In this document: one piece after another, positions 37,194 through 49,618 of the stretch
Layout of the letters: every line of letters begins with the position of its first letter
How positions within the stretch are numbered: position 1 is the first letter of the stretch
DNA from: Selaginella moellendorffii
Taxonomy: Eukaryota; Plantae; Lycopodiophyta
NCBI RefSeq assembly: GCF_000143415.4
Contig: NW_003314289.1
Span: 773,924-837,923, forward strand
DNA length: 64,000 nucleotides
Direction: 5' to 3'
Translations under genes and position numbers: made by a program
Notes under the pieces: model-generated
The model's database searches: none
Seen by the model: only the letters and a program-made list of their open reading frames with translations
Told to the model about the DNA's origin: nothing

Positions 37194-39629
37194 ATGAAGA
37201 AGCGCCGAAAATCGGGGCCAGGGAACTCTTCCGATTTCCTCGAGAAATGGATTCGTGCGGAGGCGCTAGCTCCAGGCAGCAATCCCATGGCAATCAAGCT
37301 GCCCCGCCAGGTCCTGGTGAATCCAGCCACCGGCTTCAAGCCCTACGCTGGAGCCTCGCGGTTTGATCAGCTCCCTCTCTCCGGCAAGACGCTCAAGGGA
37401 TTGAAAGAGGCCAAGTATGAATCCATGACAGAGATCCAGCGCGCAGCTCTTCCCCACGCTCTCGCTGGTCGTGATGTTCTTGGAGCAGCAAAGACTGGAT
37501 CGGGGAAAACGCTAGCATTTCTCATCCCGGTAAGAGTTCACGAAGGGAACTCTCTTTTTTTCTCACATACTTTTCTGGCTAGCTAGTCGAGAAACTATAT
37601 CGTCTTCGCTGGAGGAGTGGCCACGGTCTCGCGGGTCTCGTTATATCTCCAACGAGAGAGCTGGCCGAGCAGATCTTTCGAGAGCTTGGCAAGGTTGCAA
37701 AGCATCACAGGTTCTTGACACGAGGCTTGCTGATCGGGGGATCTCACGACGTTGGGCTGGAGAGCAATCGCGTCGGGGAGCTGTGCATCCTCGTCGCCAC
37801 TCCAGGGCGTTTGCTGCATCACTTGCACCAGACTGCCACTCTCGACTGCACCTATCTCCAGGTACCGCTTCAAAGTTTGTTCTTGCTCGAGCTCGGAGTG
37901 TAAAGATCTAACTTTGCAAGGTGCTTGTGCTGGATGAAGCCGATCGGATTCTCGACTCCGGCTTTGCGAGAGAGCTGACAGACATCTTGGCTGCCCTTCC
38001 GAAACAGCGGCAAACTTTGCTCTTCTCAGCGACGCAGACGCGCTCTGTCAGCGATCTCGCGAGGCTCAGCTTGCGTGATCCGGAGTACCTCGCCGTGCAC
38101 TCCGAGTCCGCCGTGGCGACGCCAGCCACCCTGCAGCAAAAGGTGGTGATCGTCAAGCTTCACCGCAAGATAGAGACCTTGTGGCGGTTCATAAAAACGC
38201 GGCTCTCGTCGAAGCTTTTGGTGTTCCTTTCCACCTGCACGCAGGTAAGTTGGCCCGTTTTCTCACATTTTCCGTCACCTTTCTAAGCAAAGATGATGTG
38301 AATCGTCATTCTTCGCAGGTGAAGTTCGTGTACGGGGCTTTCAAGCACTTGCGAGCTGGTGTTCCGCTCTCGTGTCTCCATGGCCGCCAGAAGCAAGGCA
38401 AGAGGGACCTGGTTTTCAGCAACTTCAATCAGGCCCGACCCTCGGTTCTCTTTGCGACTGATATTGCTGCGAGAGGCTTGGATTTCCCAGCGGTAGACTG
38501 GGTTGTCCAGGTACGTTCTTCTCTCGAGTTGTGTGATCTTAGCCGTGTTCTTATTTCCTTCGTCTTTGTTTTTGGAGGTCGACTGTCCAGAAGACGTAGA
38601 AACTTACATCCATCGCGTCGGAAGGACTGCTCGTAACAAGCTCAAAGGCAAGAGCCTCCTGCTTCTGGATCCATCGGAAGTGAAAATGATAGAGCTGCTC
38701 AGGCAGCACAAGATTCCTATCGAAGAGGCAGCGGAGGCTGCTCCGCGAGGGGAGTCTTGCGACTTGTCACAGCAGATAGGCGCGTGGCTTTCCAAGGATC
38801 CCGGACTCAAGCACAGCGCCCAGCGCGCCTTTGTCACTTACGTTCGCTCGGTCGTCCTGCAGCGGAACAAGGAGGTTTTCAACGTTGGCAAGCTTCCGCT
38901 ACCCGAGTTTGCGTTCTCTCTCGGCCTGGCGATCGCTCCCCGGATCCGGTTCCTGGGAAAGCAGGCTGCAAGCGTGAAGAATGAATCCCAGTCCTTGAAG
39001 AACGAGCTGGCGAAGTCGTCCTCTTCGTCTTCCAAGGTGGCCGGAGAAGTTAAGTCTTGCGCGGCTGATGAAGATGGCGACTTGTTCATGCGGCTGAAGA
39101 AACGGGGAAGGGACGTGATCAAGCCAGCAGCAGCAGCAGCACCAGGATCTGTGAAAGCGTAAGTTTTTGTTCGGAGTTTTAGAAGATGGCTCATTGTTTT
39201 CGTCTTGCAGACATAAGAAGACGAAGAGGCTAAAGATTGATGCGCGAAGTGGTACAGGGCAACGTATGGTGTTCGATGAGCATGGAAGTAGCCAGGACGA
39301 GAGAGGAGGTAAGGAACTTTGGAGCTCCAACGCTCGAGTGATCTTGTTTAGATTTTGTAGGCGGTGTGGAAGAGTTTGATCGGGAGATCGCGGAGAGGTA
39401 CAAGCGGTTGCAGCAGGAGATGAAGGAGAGGGACAGGCAAGACAAGGTTTTGGAGCGGCTGAGGCTGCGAGACAAGCGTCTCAAGCGAAAGGCGAAGGAG
39501 CAGAAGCTTGATCTTATTGACGAGGATATGTCGGAGCAAGGAGATGACAAACCGGAACTCCTCGACTCCTTGTCTCTAGCCGATCAAGAGGCCCTCGCTC
39601 TCAAGCTGCTAAGTCGATCAAACCATTGA
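37194..39629 (+). CDS. DEAD-box RNA helicase, DDX10/Dbp4 (RH32)-like
   Basis: Q motif [62 protein letters not shown] and [12 protein letters not shown], followed by a charged C-terminal tail. Confidence 0.92.
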
Positions 39630-39751
39630 CGCTGGCGTTTTGTGTCTGCCACAAGAGGATTTAGTTTCGAGAAGAGAATTCGCTTTGCAAAGAACCTGTG
39701 ATAGACGATCACGTCCACTTTGGTAACATGATGGGCATCTTTGTTGTCATC

Positions 39752-42700
39752 CTAGTCGAGAATAGTGTTAACGTTTGAAGTGATGGCTCTCTTTAGCTTG
39801 AGAAGCTCATCGATATCGCTCTGGACAACATCGAAGCCAACCTACAAGAAAAACGAAACTTGAGGTCCCTGAAGAGAAAAAGAAAAAACTAACCAGTCTA
39901 AAAACGCTGATGGCGCCAGTGCTGCCCCCGGCCAAGACGACTGGAGCGTCCTCCGAGAAGAGCAAGCACGAAAGCTTGGTATTCGCGAAAGGATATACAA
40001 TGACGGGTTTCATCGCCGTGACAGCCATATCCCATATCTGTCGTAGAATCCGAGCTGAGAAAATTAGAAACAAGGATTTCAGTGCTTGCCTCTAAACGAC
40101 CGTCGTCCGATACAGTCCCAAAAACGCACGAATGCTTGCAAGACCAGCGAATGTCGCCGACGCTTTCATTTGCAGTCTGGAAAACCAGCAATGCGCTTTC
40201 CTGCACTGAACATTCCATCCATTTGTATCAACGTAGACGCATCTATACGCAACGGCTTACTTGTTCTTCGCGCCAGAGCCGAACGCTCCAGTCGCTGCTA
40301 CAGCTCAAGAAAATATATGGCAAAACGGTGGACCATCTAACCTGCAAACGAGATGAATCAATCACACATATATAGATAGCGGCATTTTGTTTACCTGAAA
40401 AACGGGTCCGGTGTGTCCTACGTAGCTTTGCAAGTATTGTTCGTTATAAGAACGACTACATTTGTGAATCAGTCCCTCCTCGGTCCCTACCAGATACAAG
40501 CTGGAATAGCAAAGCACACATTTATGACCAATTCGAGCACAAGAAAAGTACGTCGAAGTACCTTGGGTCCCGAGGAGAGAAATCAAAGCATAACCCTGCT
40601 GCATGACGGGATATGAATGGTTGTGGTTGTGCTCCTTTGCTATGAGCCATAATCTTTTTGAGTCTCATCAAATTGACGAACTCCAGATCCTATATTCGCG
40701 GTTAAGTTTCGCGGAGGAAACACCAAAAAAAAACTAACCTTTTTCAAAGACCACTGAGAAACTCTACCGTCGGTTGAAATAGATATAAGCGTCTCTCCAT
40801 GGTCAGAAGTAGCATCGATCCATTGTAGCTTCCAAACAGGATCGTTATGCTTCCCCGTGGAAGCTCCTGTTTGCATCAACGGTTCCCGTTCCTTGTAATT
40901 CTTTGCATCATATACAGCCACATTCCCATCGTAAAAGCCAACTGCATAAAAAACGCCAATGAAGTCAGTTCAAAACAATCAGTAAGAGTACTGTTACCTG
41001 CAAGGAGGTTGGGACTATTTGTAGAGAAATCCAAGGCTGTGACATCAGAATGTGTTGGTATGGTTGCGTGAGGGTATCTCGGATTTTTTAAAGACCAAAA
41101 CGCTATAAGACCGCCCTTTTGCGTCCCGAACTCAAACTCTCCGTATCCTACACTAAGGAGATCCCTGCTGGTCTGCGAAAAACGTGCAACAATGTCGGTA
41201 AAAAATGGGAAAGGCAAAACCTCTCGCACCTTGTTCCACACCATACAGCTGACATTCCTCCCTTCCGTAAGGTCGCACTGGAAATCCCAAAGTTTGTGGA
41301 CTTGTTCTGCTGAGAGAACATCGCCGCTGGTACCATTACTGCTGGGAGACGAGGACGCACTTTTTGTCTGAGATACCGGCGAACTAGAGCTGCTATATTT
41401 CCGTGGCATAATCCGCTTCTGTTCTCTTGGTTTAAAATCTCGGTAGAACAAAAGCTGCAAAGACACTTGGAGGCCTTGGCAGAAGTATCGAAATAACGTC
41501 AAGATAATTACCTTGTCATGAAAAGTGTTCAAAACGACTGCTCTCTCGGCGATTTCCAAGGCTTTGACAAGTCCGGCCAAGCGATTGATATCCACCTTTC
41601 GGCTAGCAAACATGGTGAGAGTCATAAGCTCTTCCGCCCCAAGCATGCCTTCGCCACCAGCTCTCTGCATAGTGTTTGAGATTATGGAGCTTCTTCTCTG
41701 TGTTCCCATCAAGCTTCCACGGCCGGATAGCCTACGATTGAACATAATGCTGCCGCTTATCGATTTCTCAATACTTCCCCTTCGCGAGGTTGAAAAGCTT
41801 CCTCGCCGTGAGGGTGATATGCTCGCAGTAGTAGAGCCTCTTCTCGACGGTGCAATGCTGCCTAGTCCCGATCCTCTTCTAGTCGAAGGATCTATACTTA
41901 ACAGTCCAGACTCCCTTCGGGATGGAAATCCACCAATTCCAGACCCTCTTCTTGAACCGGGTAGATTCAAATTTCCAGACATTCTTCGACCCTGTGAATG
42001 TGATTTTAGATAAAAACTGCCACAGTCTTTTACATACCTGTAATAAGGGAGGAGGCTCACTAGCTTCTTCCAAGTATCCCGCAGATACAAGATCAGCAAC
42101 ACTCTTTCTGTGGTCAGCGGTTTGTTCGGATTCGTCGTCGTCCTCAGTTTTCAAAGGATCAACTTTTTCTTCTTTTACATTGCCGGAGTAAGAATCTGAG
42201 ATGTCCCATGAATTTGCCTGTCAACTGGCAGAAATGTGAATGAGTTGTACATCAAAAAGTAACATGCCGAAGGAACAACTTGGCACCTGACACTCTTCAG
42301 ATTGTTTTGGCAGTGCAAAAAACTGCGCCTCCTTGCATTTTTGCAAGCTCAAAGCCGTTTGAGCGCTGGAGTCCGAGTAGTTATCGCTACCTATTTTAGC
42401 CTGTAGACAAGAGCACGCTACACTATATTTAAGAATTAAAAAGCTGAAAGTAAAGAAATGTAGCTTACTTCCAAAAGATTTTTGTATCGAGCATTTCGCT
42501 CCAAAACTTGTTTGATTGTATCGTAAGTGTTTGACACACTCTCGCCTCTTAAATTGATCAGAACAAGTGTTTCACTCTCCACCAGATTCACGGTTATATT
42601 TCTTGCAAGTTCCTGCTCACATTGAGAGGTAAGAAAGATATTAGAAAATTAACGTGCCTAACCTGTTCCGTTGGAGGTGGCGCAATGCTAGTCGTGACAA

Positions 42701-43509
42701 TTTCGATACGCTGTGTCCTGACCGGCAAAGCCTCTTGTGGAACTTGAGGAACACTCGATCGTCGGCCACCACCCTCTGCAGAAGGTTCTTTCTCAAGGCC
42801 ATCCTCGGCTTCAAGATCCGGAGTGAGGGTTCCCAAGCTACTGCCGATTGAGTATCCAGTGCGGCTGTAAGCAAAAAAATCTTTAGATAGAACAACGACT
42901 GAAACGCCTTCTAAAGACCACTTGAACTGGACCTGAAGGTAGATACTCTTTCGGAATCAGGAGAAAACCGCTCAGGTGGAGCTTGCAACAGTCTCTCGTG
43001 CAGTACAGTCGGCCTTAGAGATACTAATGGTTTCGGTGTGACTTCTTTACCATTCTCATCAAAGACCTAAGCGAAAGAGTTTCACAGACTTTCATACTTC
43101 GCAAGCAGCTCTATGACAATAAGAAGGCCAAAAAAAAAAAAACATACCTGGATCACCTCTGGCTCATTCTCGCCTCCTTTGATATTCCTGCGCGTCCCTC
43201 GCCCGGCTCGAGCAGTAGAACGAATGCTCTTGGTGCTCTTTCTGCAACAAGGGGAAATAAGTGCGCTGCATTCTCTAAATCTATTGCGCGAGCAATCCAT
43301 GGCGCGAGCATTGCTTACTTGGATGTGAACGAAACCTGAGAGCTAGCCGAGAGCCGCCTGGATCGCATCGACGAGACCGATCCAGCGACCGACGCGGTTC
43401 CATCGCCACCTCCTCGCTTGAATTTCTCGAGCGCGAGGCCTAGAACAGAGGGGCTGAGCGACGGCCGCATCTGCGACAGCGATCCCCGCCTCCCGCCATC
43501 GTCATCCAT
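39752..43509 (-). CDS. Axonemal dynein intermediate chain, WDR78/DNAI4 (IC138-like), WD40, multi-exon
   Basis: LWDFQCDLTEGRNVSCMVWN, DLLSVGYGEFEF...GGLIAFWSLKNPRYP, KHNDPVWKLQW, ISISTDGRVSQW, YLVGTEEGLIHKCSRSYNEQYL and CSSDWSVRLW. Stop TAG at 39754-39752. Confidence 0.85.
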
Positions 43510-44101
43510 GTCGCAAGACAATCTTCCCTCCCAAGAGCCCTAGAAATATTTCTCTGTTCTCTAGAACCCTAAAATTGCAGGGGATAACTACTTGGTCAAC
43601 CAGTCAACTCCGTTATACTAACGGACCCCGTGGAAAATGTAGCGCGCTCCGTTTGGTAGACGGAGCAAAGTTTCCGTTAGTTTAGACCAAGTGTGTCTCG
43701 AGCTGGCCGGCCCTCATTCATTCATGCATTCAATAGTGGTGTAGTAGTGTGCTCTTGTCAAAGGGTTGTTCTTCCTCCCATCAGGGTTTGGTGGATCGCG
43801 CCATTGATCGATCGATCGGCGCTAGGGTTTGGAGGAAGCAGCGCATCTCTCAAACGGTGAGTCCGGGGGGCCATTTCGCGGATTTCTCGCGAGAAATCCG
43901 CGAGTTTCGGGCGTGGGAATGCGCGGGCGGCGCTGGCCAGCGATGATCGATGGGACAGGCAGCCTGAGCAGGGAAGCTAGTGAGAATGCGTAGGAGGAAA
44001 GGGAAAATTTCCAACTGGAGCCTGGGAATTTTCATCGATCCTGCCAGTGATGGATTTGCCGGCTCTTGGATGGAAGTAGAGATTTCTAGCAGTGGTGTGG
44101 G

Positions 44102-46430
44102 ATGGGGCAGTGCTACGGCAAGGTTGCCGTGACCGAGGATTCCAAGCCCGAGGAGAAGGAGGCTTCATACGCTAGGCAGGATTCCCGGCAAGGAGCTGCG
44201 TCTCCATACTCGGTTAAGTCCCATTCTTCTCCATTTCCTCCGGCGAGTCCGCTGCCCAAGTTTGCGAATTCGCCATTCCGGAATTTCGGTACCTCTCCGG
44301 CAACTCCAAGACGATTTTTTCGACGACCATTTCCACCTCCTTCTCCGGCGAAGCACATCCAGGCTGCTCTCGCCAAGCGGCATGGGACTGCCAAGCCGAA
44401 AGAAGGATCCATTCCAGAGGGAAGCGATGTGGAGAAGCCTCTCGATAAGAACTTTGTGTATGGGAAGAACTTCACGTCAAAGTACGAGCTGGGACACGAG
44501 ATTGGCCACGGTCACTTTGGGCATACTTGTCTGGCGAAAGTAAGGAAGGGGGAGATGAAAGGGCAGTCGGTAGCAGTGAAGATCATAGCCAAAGCTAAGG
44601 TACTTATCCTCGTTGTCCATAAGGTAACAGTGGAAATAATTTATTTTGACTGGTGTCTAGATGACAACAGCGATCTCAGTGGAAGATGTGCGAAGAGAAG
44701 TGAAAATACTCAAGGCTCTCTCGGGTCACCAGAATCTCGTCCGGTTTTACGATGCGTGCGAGGACAATCTAAACGTCTACATAGTGATGGAGTAAGACTT
44801 GTCTCTCACTGAATCGGTTTCTATTTTTTGTCTTAAAAACTTTCTCGGTTATCAGGCTTTGCGAGGGAGGAGAACTCCTTGATCGGATATTATCAAGGTT
44901 TGTTTTTGTATTTTAGTTCGTTGTCAGTAAGCTGATCCAGTTTATTGTAATCAGGGGAGGGAAGTACACTGAAGAAGATGCTAAGGTCGTTATAGTACAG
45001 ATTTTAAGCATTGTTTCGTTTTGTCACCTCCAAGGTGTTGTTCATCGAGACTTGAAGCCGGAGGTAATTTTGTTTTCTCTCTCCAAATGTGTTCGTTTAT
45101 ACCTCGGCTGTAGAACTTCCTCTTTACTACTAAGGACGAGAATGCAACTTTGAAAGCTATTGACTTTGGGCTATCAGATTTCATCAAGCCAGGTACGATG
45201 CAGCGTTTCGTTGCATTGAAGATATGGTTGTTGACTTGCCTTCCATTTTATCATTCCAGAAGAGCGGCTAAATGACATTGTTGGAAGCGCTTACTATGTG
45301 GCTCCCGAGGTCCTTCACAGATCTTACAGCACAGAGGCAGACGTTTGGAGCGTTGGTGTTATAGCCTACATCCTTCTTTGCGGCAGCCGTCCATTTTGGG
45401 CAGACACCGAGTCGGGAATTTTCCGAGCGGTGATTCAAGCGGAGCCGAACTTTGTTGATAAACCATGGCCGACCGTTTCTCCCGAGGCTCAAGACTTCGT
45501 GAAGCAGCTCCTTCACAAGGATATGAGGAAGAGGATGTCAGCAGCGCAGGCTCTCAGTGAGTTTCATCTTTCTCTGTTTTTCAGTCAGGTACTGACTAGT
45601 TCTTGTGTGCTGGACAGCCCATCCTTGGATACGTGGGAACCATAAGGTGCCATTGGATATGCTCGTGTACAGATTAGTGAAGGCATATCTGCGCGCATCT
45701 TCTCTCAAAAGAGCAGCATTGAAGGTACTGCGCAAGTTAAAGTTCTGTGAGGATCTTAAGTTTTCTCTCTAGGCGCTGTCTAAAACCCTGACAGAGGATC
45801 ACATGTATTATTTGCGATGCCAATTCGCGTTGTTAGAACCAAACAAAGGAGGGCGGGTTTCGTTCGAAAACTTCAAAACTGTAAGCTCATGTGGATTTCA
45901 CAGCTCTCTGTGTGCTTAAGACGGTTTTTTCCCCGTGACAGGCTTTGATGCGTAGTGCCACTGAGGCCATGAAGGAGTCGCGGGCGTTTGAGATCCTTTC
46001 TTCCGTCCGTTTCTTCCAGAAAACATGATATCTTATACTAACAGTCGCTGTGACAGATGGACGCTCTGGCTTTTAAAAAGATGGACTTTCAGGAGTTCTG
46101 CGCTGCGGCAATCAGCGTGCATCAGCTGGAAGCGTCCAGTGGCTGGGAGACTTTGTCTCGCACAGCCTACGATACATTTGACAGGGAAGGCAATCGCTTG
46201 GTTATCATCGAAGAAGTTGCTCGGGTACGCCAAAGTTCTAGTTTTTTATACTTGGTTCTCGCTTTTCAATGCGAAACTTTCTTCGTTTGCAGGAGGTAGG
46301 CCTTGGACAAACAGTCCCCGCTCATCTAGTATTGCGTGATTGGATTAGAAGTGATGGGAAACTTAGCTTGATTGGATTTAAAAAGCTGCTTCACGGTGTC
46401 ACGTCGAGGGCTCGCTCCAGGTTGCAGTAA
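44102..46430 (+). CDS. CRK: CDPK-related kinase (CRK), multi-exon
   Basis: MGQCYGK acylation motif, [56 protein letters not shown] and degenerate EF-hands ([17 protein letters not shown]). Confidence 0.95.
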
Positions 46431-46472
46431 CTTATAGAAGCAAGCAAGCAAGAAAAAAGTGAAGAACAAGAG

Positions 46473-46496
46473 CGAGAGAGAGAGAGAGAGAGAGAG
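46473..46496 (+). repeat. (GA)n microsatellite in the CRK 3' UTR
   Basis: gagagagagagagagagagagag. Confidence 0.85.
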
Positions 46497-47231
46497 TTTC
46501 CAAATTCTTTGGGAGGGGGGGAATTGAGATCGATGGTAGCTTCTCCATTTTATAGTGATGGAGGGACGCCTGGCATAGATCATAGATTGTTTATCTAGCT
46601 AGATATGATACAGGGAAGAAGAAGGAATTTCCAGGCGCTCAAAGTTTACATTCTTTGGAGATTTGGCGGAGATTTGTGTCAACCACCAATGTGACACGTA
46701 AGCAGAGAAGGAAAACGTGGAAGTTTCGAGCGTTGAGATATCGCATTCCTGTGCCAAACGATCCACAGTAATTAAACTTTACATTTTTTTGGCACACCAC
46801 CACCTTGTGATGGAGGATTGTCGATTTCTTTCGTGATGTTTCCAGTGAATTTCTACGCACGACTTTCTTCCTGCTCAGTCCCACCAGAGAAAAGAAAAAG
46901 CGATTAAATTCGAGAAAGCGAAAACTCGATGAAGAGTTTTATACTCACCAGGAAGGAATGATCACAGCCTCCACAAGCAATAAACAAGCTTTTCCTTTAC
47001 ATCTAAGACTTGCATTAAAAAAAAAGGGTAAAGAATCCTTTTTACATGTATACTACCCATGGCCATTTTATTCTCCCTAAGCACACACTCCCAAAAACGA
47101 GACTTTTTGTTTTTGTATACTTATCTACAGACTGTCCTGACTCTTTTGTTGAGAAGATCTCAACACACACACACAGACAATACATACACTCACAACACAG
47201 TATAAGGAGAAAGAATGTCGAGTACCTGGGG

Positions 47232-48130
47232 CTACGTCTCAAAAGTCTCACCATCTTCGGGCTCTTGATCTGGAATCATGGTCATTAGCATGTTTACCTG
47301 GCCCTGGAGCATGCTGTTCTCTCGCTCCATCTGAGCACGCTTCGTTCTCTCCTGCTGGAGCTGCATTTGGAGGTGCTCCATCGTCCTCGAATCCTCCTCG
47401 AGTTGCTCGTTTAGCTCAGTGATCTCCCGGTCCTGGATCACAAAGTATATCAGAACCAGCGGCAAACTCCGAGAAAGGAAAGAAGAAAAGAGCAATGCAT
47501 GGAACAAGCAGTGCATGGATAAAGCTAGCAAAGCACACCAACGAACGAGAAAACGAACCTTGCGGTTCATTTCTTGCACGGCAATGCGTCTCATGCTCTC
47601 CACCACATCAACATTGACAAGCTTCCTCTTCTTGCCAATCACCCAACCTCGGGGATACGTCGCCGTCTCGAAGTCTGGAGGGGGGAGGAAGCTCTCGAGC
47701 GATGATCCCTGCGCTTGTCGACCCGTGGAAGGCGCAAGAGGCTCGTAGAGAGCTCTCTTTCTGTCTGTCAACGGGAACTCGTCCTCTAGAACGATGTTGC
47801 TATCGTCCTTGTCTAGTTTCTTACTCGCTGATAGCCTCAACTTTGCCGGTTTTCTCGATCCCAGAGGTGGTGTATGGATCATAAGTTCCTCTGGAAAGCA
47901 TTTGCCAACCAGTAAGATCATAAGCTACTTATGAAACACAATGAGAAACTTTCAAGCAACTTGGCCTAGAAAGAATTGTGAAAGAAAGAAGGAAAGACTA
48001 GCAAGCAAGCAACGCTCCAAGAAAGCAAGGAGAAGAAAAAAAATCTTCCAATGCATGGATAAGTACCTGGTTTTCCGGAAGTAATTTTGGGATCGATTTC
48101 CATTGGCTTGGCTGCTACTTCCAGCGCCAT
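47232..48130 (-). CDS. HDR1: HEADING DATE REPRESSOR 1-like coiled-coil protein (3 exons)
   Basis: [78 protein letters not shown]. Identified from recall of the family. Confidence 0.75.
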
Positions 48131-48617
48131 CTCCCTAAAGATTTACCAATCCCACACACACAATCAGCACATTTTCTTTGGCTGCCGAAGGAAATCCCAG
48201 CGCAATGGCGGCTGCCGCGAGCTCGGAATCACCAGTGTAAAATGCCGAGAAAACCCTATGCCTTGCCGACGAACCTGGCCCAAGGGATCTAGCTCGCTAG
48301 CGCCTCCATGGAAGGAATCGAATCGTAATCCGACCGATGCACGCCGCAGGGGATCAGGGCTAGCGGGACGGGACTGAGAGTGGCACGAAGAAGTAAAAAG
48401 GAAGCCCAATGTGCGCTGTTGAACGCTTACTTTCCACGCGAGCTGGCGCATCGCGACCGTTGAAAGGAATTGCGACAGGGATCTGAGCCGTCGATAGATA
48501 GGGTGGTTGGTTCAAGTACTAACTAGTGGAATATCCGTATTTAAGAATAAATTTGGATATATATCAAACGGCGGTTTATATAATACATTATTAATATTAA
48601 CATAACTATCATATTTT

Positions 48618-48710
48618 CAAATGTATGGTTATGGTATTGTATATTATTATTAGCATAATGAATTTTGTGATTGGTTTCAATCCAAACCACTCATTCTTCT
48701 ATATAAACTT
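48618..48710 (+). mobile_element. Decayed solo/partial LTR of the same short-LTR gypsy family
   Basis: gattggtttcaatccaaaccactcattcttctatataaact closely matches the LTR segment gattggtttcaatctaaaccactcgctcctgtatataagct (54455-54495). Confidence 0.7.
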
Positions 48711-48978
48711 TCATTGAATATACAATGTTCAAATAGTTTTAAAATTTGGCAGAATAATTTATTGAATCACATTGATGATACTTTGAAAAATAACTTACTG
48801 TAAGTACATTTGGTTGATAAGTAGTTCTTTTAACTTAGCCTCCAGAAAATCATTTATTTTTGGGAAATTTGTGTTGTGTAATAATATGTATTTTATATAT
48901 ATTTATACAGGAACTTCCTATGATACTAGTTCATATATAAATTTAGATAATATAGATTAGAATATTTTCTAAATATCT

Positions 48979-49614
48979 ATGGCTTTAGTTGTGCAAATCA
49001 TTTTTACATTGCAATTGATCCTCTTGCTAATCTCATGTTCTTATACATATGGGTTGGAAAATGTAAAATCCAATAATATCACTCTTAGTAATGCTAAAAA
49101 TCCTTTCATGACCACAAATAAGACCATATTATGAATGAATATAAGTGACATTTCTAAAAGCGTGGATGAAATACCAGATGTAAGTCATGTTTTGCTTCTA
49201 TTGCTTTTACTTATAAAAGTTTGTGACATTTTCCAGTTTGTATGTGGGAGATTTGAAGCAACATGTACTAATATCCATCTGCATGTTTATAAAGCTTTAA
49301 AAATTATAATACTTGCAGCAAAATGTGATTCTGGGGATGGTGGATATGGGAATGTAATGTTGGATATTAATAATGGTATAAGTAACCAATATAGAAGGCC
49401 AAATAGAAGAAGTGATTTCACTGACTCTTGCAATATAGATTCTGTTCAGCTACATGGTTCAATCTTTGTAGCAAGTTGTAAGAATAAAGATTGTTATCTA
49501 GATACTTCTTATCTCCACTTAAACTTCCTTGTGATGAATGTTTTTGGCTCTTTGTTCTTTTGCCCTTTACCATCTCCTAGAATTGAACTGATTTATTTTC
49601 TATTTTATTATTAA
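48979..49614 (+). pseudogene. CVNH lectin copy D with a premature stop
   Basis: ATG at 48979 opens a signal peptide (MALVVQIIFTLQLILLLISCSY). An in-frame TGA at 49132-49134 aligns with Trp of copy B (KTKLWMNI vs KTIL*MNI). Intron 49180-49236. The CVNH domain ends FFCPLPSPRIELIYF, like copy B. Confidence 0.8.
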
Positions 49615-49618
49615 GATT

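Noticed and set aside
48289-48309. uORF MEALAS* upstream of the HDR1-like ATG
   Set aside because: The TSS is unknown and the ORF is too short to support without conservation data.
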